From Azolla caroliniana (taxonomy: Eukaryota; Plantae; Polypodiophyta), in contig JBHGNT010000014.1 in assembly GCA_043228905.1 (NCBI GenBank), forward strand, positions 13,826,001-13,890,000: a DNA stretch of 64,000 nt, written 5' to 3'. Positions 62,162-64,000 of the stretch are shown here, piece after piece. A model generated the notes under the pieces. That model was not told the origin of the DNA and did no database searches. It saw nothing but the letters and a program-made list of their open reading frames with translations. A program made the position numbers and the translations under genes. Position 1 is the stretch's first letter. Each line of letters starts with the position of its first letter.

Positions 62162-63479
62162 TGTTAATGGGTGGGGGGGTGAAGTCTAGAATGGCTTCAG
62201 CCCCCTCCCAAGGGGTTATGATAGAGAGAGAGAGAGAGAAGGAAAGTGAAAATACAAAATGACACAAAAATGAGGGGGGAAAAATGTATATTCATTACAT
62301 GCCCATAAGGGGTTTATATAATACATCCAATGTAACGGTCACATGACCGTTATAAATAAGACCGTTACGCATTCTTGTACACATGCACATAATTGTGCAT
62401 GTGTCCATACACATACTCATCCTCACACACTCATACACATTACACACCTTAAACTTTACACACCCTACACAGTACACCTTAACCCTCCCATACACCTATA
62501 CGGATAATACTTGGCACGCCTGTGGGACAGTGTATTGCATGTTGAACCCACAAGCCCATGCCGAAAAACTCTTGTTGACCGGAACTCCACCAGTCTTCTC
62601 TTCTCTCACGGTCGAAAATCCCTCAACCAGAATGCTACTCTACGATCGATAACTTCGATCGAAGCTAACTTGACACGAACCTTCTCATTCGGTCAGAATA
62701 TCGCACGATTGGATCACACACCAATCGTTTTATCCACTATGGTAAAGTCGTTTTAGGTTTAACAATGATTTTGGGTGTATGTGGGTGTATATATACATAT
62801 AGATATAGATATATTTTTCTTCCTTAGTATGAGTAGTGATGGGTTGCGTTTCCGAAATTATATGTCCTACCCCTCCAATTTTTTCTAAAATTATATTAAC
62901 TACCCTTAGGAAATTTAGTCATGGGCCCTCACGTTTTCAAAATTCCGTCTCATATTCTTAGGTTTCTGAAATTTCGCAATATGCCCTCTCTCCTTTTCTT
63001 AATTTGTTCTTCTCTTTCTTCTTTCTCCTCCATTCTGTTTCTTTCTTTAGTCCTTTTTCTGTGTTTTTCCTTCTTCTGTTTGCGTGCTTCCCTTCTTTCT
63101 CCTCTTCTATCCTCTTCTTCGATTGTTGTTGCTTCTCCTTCCTCTTCCTTGCTTCTATTTCTTCCTCTTCCTTTTCTCCTCGGCTCTTCAACTGGTATTT
63201 CAGCCTTCTCAATTTCCAGTCAGAAATAAAGCGGTTTGTCAACAACCCACATAAGCCCATCATTCTTGCACTCTCGATGCTGGAGAGGATTTTTAGGCTT
63301 CGTGCGAGGAGGTGTGCGCTGCTATGGACGATACATGCCACGCATGGTGGTAATTCCACCTGGATTGGATTTTAGTAGTGTGATTGTGCCAGATGCTGTT
63401 GAAACTTTGGATGGAGAACACGATCTAACCATGGCAGCGGCGGCGCTGATCTCTTTGATTTTGTTGTTGCGTGGCCAGA

Positions 63480-64000
63480 TGAATCAGATTGCCAAGCTTT
63501 AGGAGATGCTTCATCAGCCTGATATGTGATGGCCTTCTTCTTCAGCATAGCTACCCGCTCCACCCATACACTTCCAAAAGAGATCCATGTTAAGCTCCTC
63601 AAACCTATCTCTTGTGTCTCTTGTGATGGTGGAGTAAAAATCAATCCCTTCATAAAGGGAATCATCAATTGTTGTCTTGAGTTGTATCTCCAGTAGTGGC
63701 TTTCACCACATTGTTGGCCTTCTTGTCCAAACCATACGCAAATAGCTACAACAGTTGGTTCGTTGATAATTCTCCTTACATTTAGACCAGAAATCACACC
63801 AGTCATCGTTTGTGGCTTGTCTCTGAGAGTCATTGAAATAAGCAGACACCATGACCACAATATTCTTGATAGTAGTTCCAAGAAAAGGCTCAGCAATCTC
63901 CTTCATTTTCATAATAACCATAGAAGACACCTCTTCATCTGCGAGCTCCTCCTCCTCTCCCTTATACTGTACGGTGATCATAGGTTTTTCAAGGGGTCCA
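63480..64000 (-). pseudogene. HSP70: Cytosolic HSP70 pseudogene fragment (runs off window)
   Basis: [29 protein letters not shown]....[23 protein letters not shown] and [24 protein letters not shown], with frameshifts and internal deletions. Left boundary approximate. Confidence 0.88.

Noticed and set aside
62162-62764. Possible additional solo LTR (TGTTAA...TTAACA)
   Set aside because: The flanks GCTAT/ATGAT do not form a TSD and there is no second copy in the window.
62958-63359. K/E-rich minus-strand ORF as a host gene
   Set aside because: Low complexity and no recognisable domain; it may be a TE fragment.

Overview
This is eukaryotic, gene-poor plant DNA made almost entirely of nested LTR retrotransposons. 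The family mix (Tcn1-like chromoviruses, Trp- and Arg-primed non-chromovirus gypsy elements, moss-type copia) suggests a non-seed land plant; that is inference. Letters below are my own labels. The left 25 kb reads as a six-level nest (I > H > E > D > C > A) with side insertions G, F and N. Two-LTR elements are gypsy F (18291-24551), gypsy K (25344-34184, with an extra 3' ORF), copia J (40973-46799, minus strand) and a young chromovirus B (51458-58386) with an intact gag-pol ORF. The window also holds a Sola-like transposase relic, a LINE relic and an HSP70 pseudogene fragment. I found no intact host gene and no prokaryotic system. The most notable observations are: a regular ~56-bp-period hairpin array in the leader of B; TG..TA LTR ends; heat-shock-element arrays in two LTR families; a -1 frameshift signal placed after the protease in F; the PMD-like extra ORF of K; and copia elements with two PPTs flanking a charged tail. 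Coordinates were counted by hand and may be off by a few bases.
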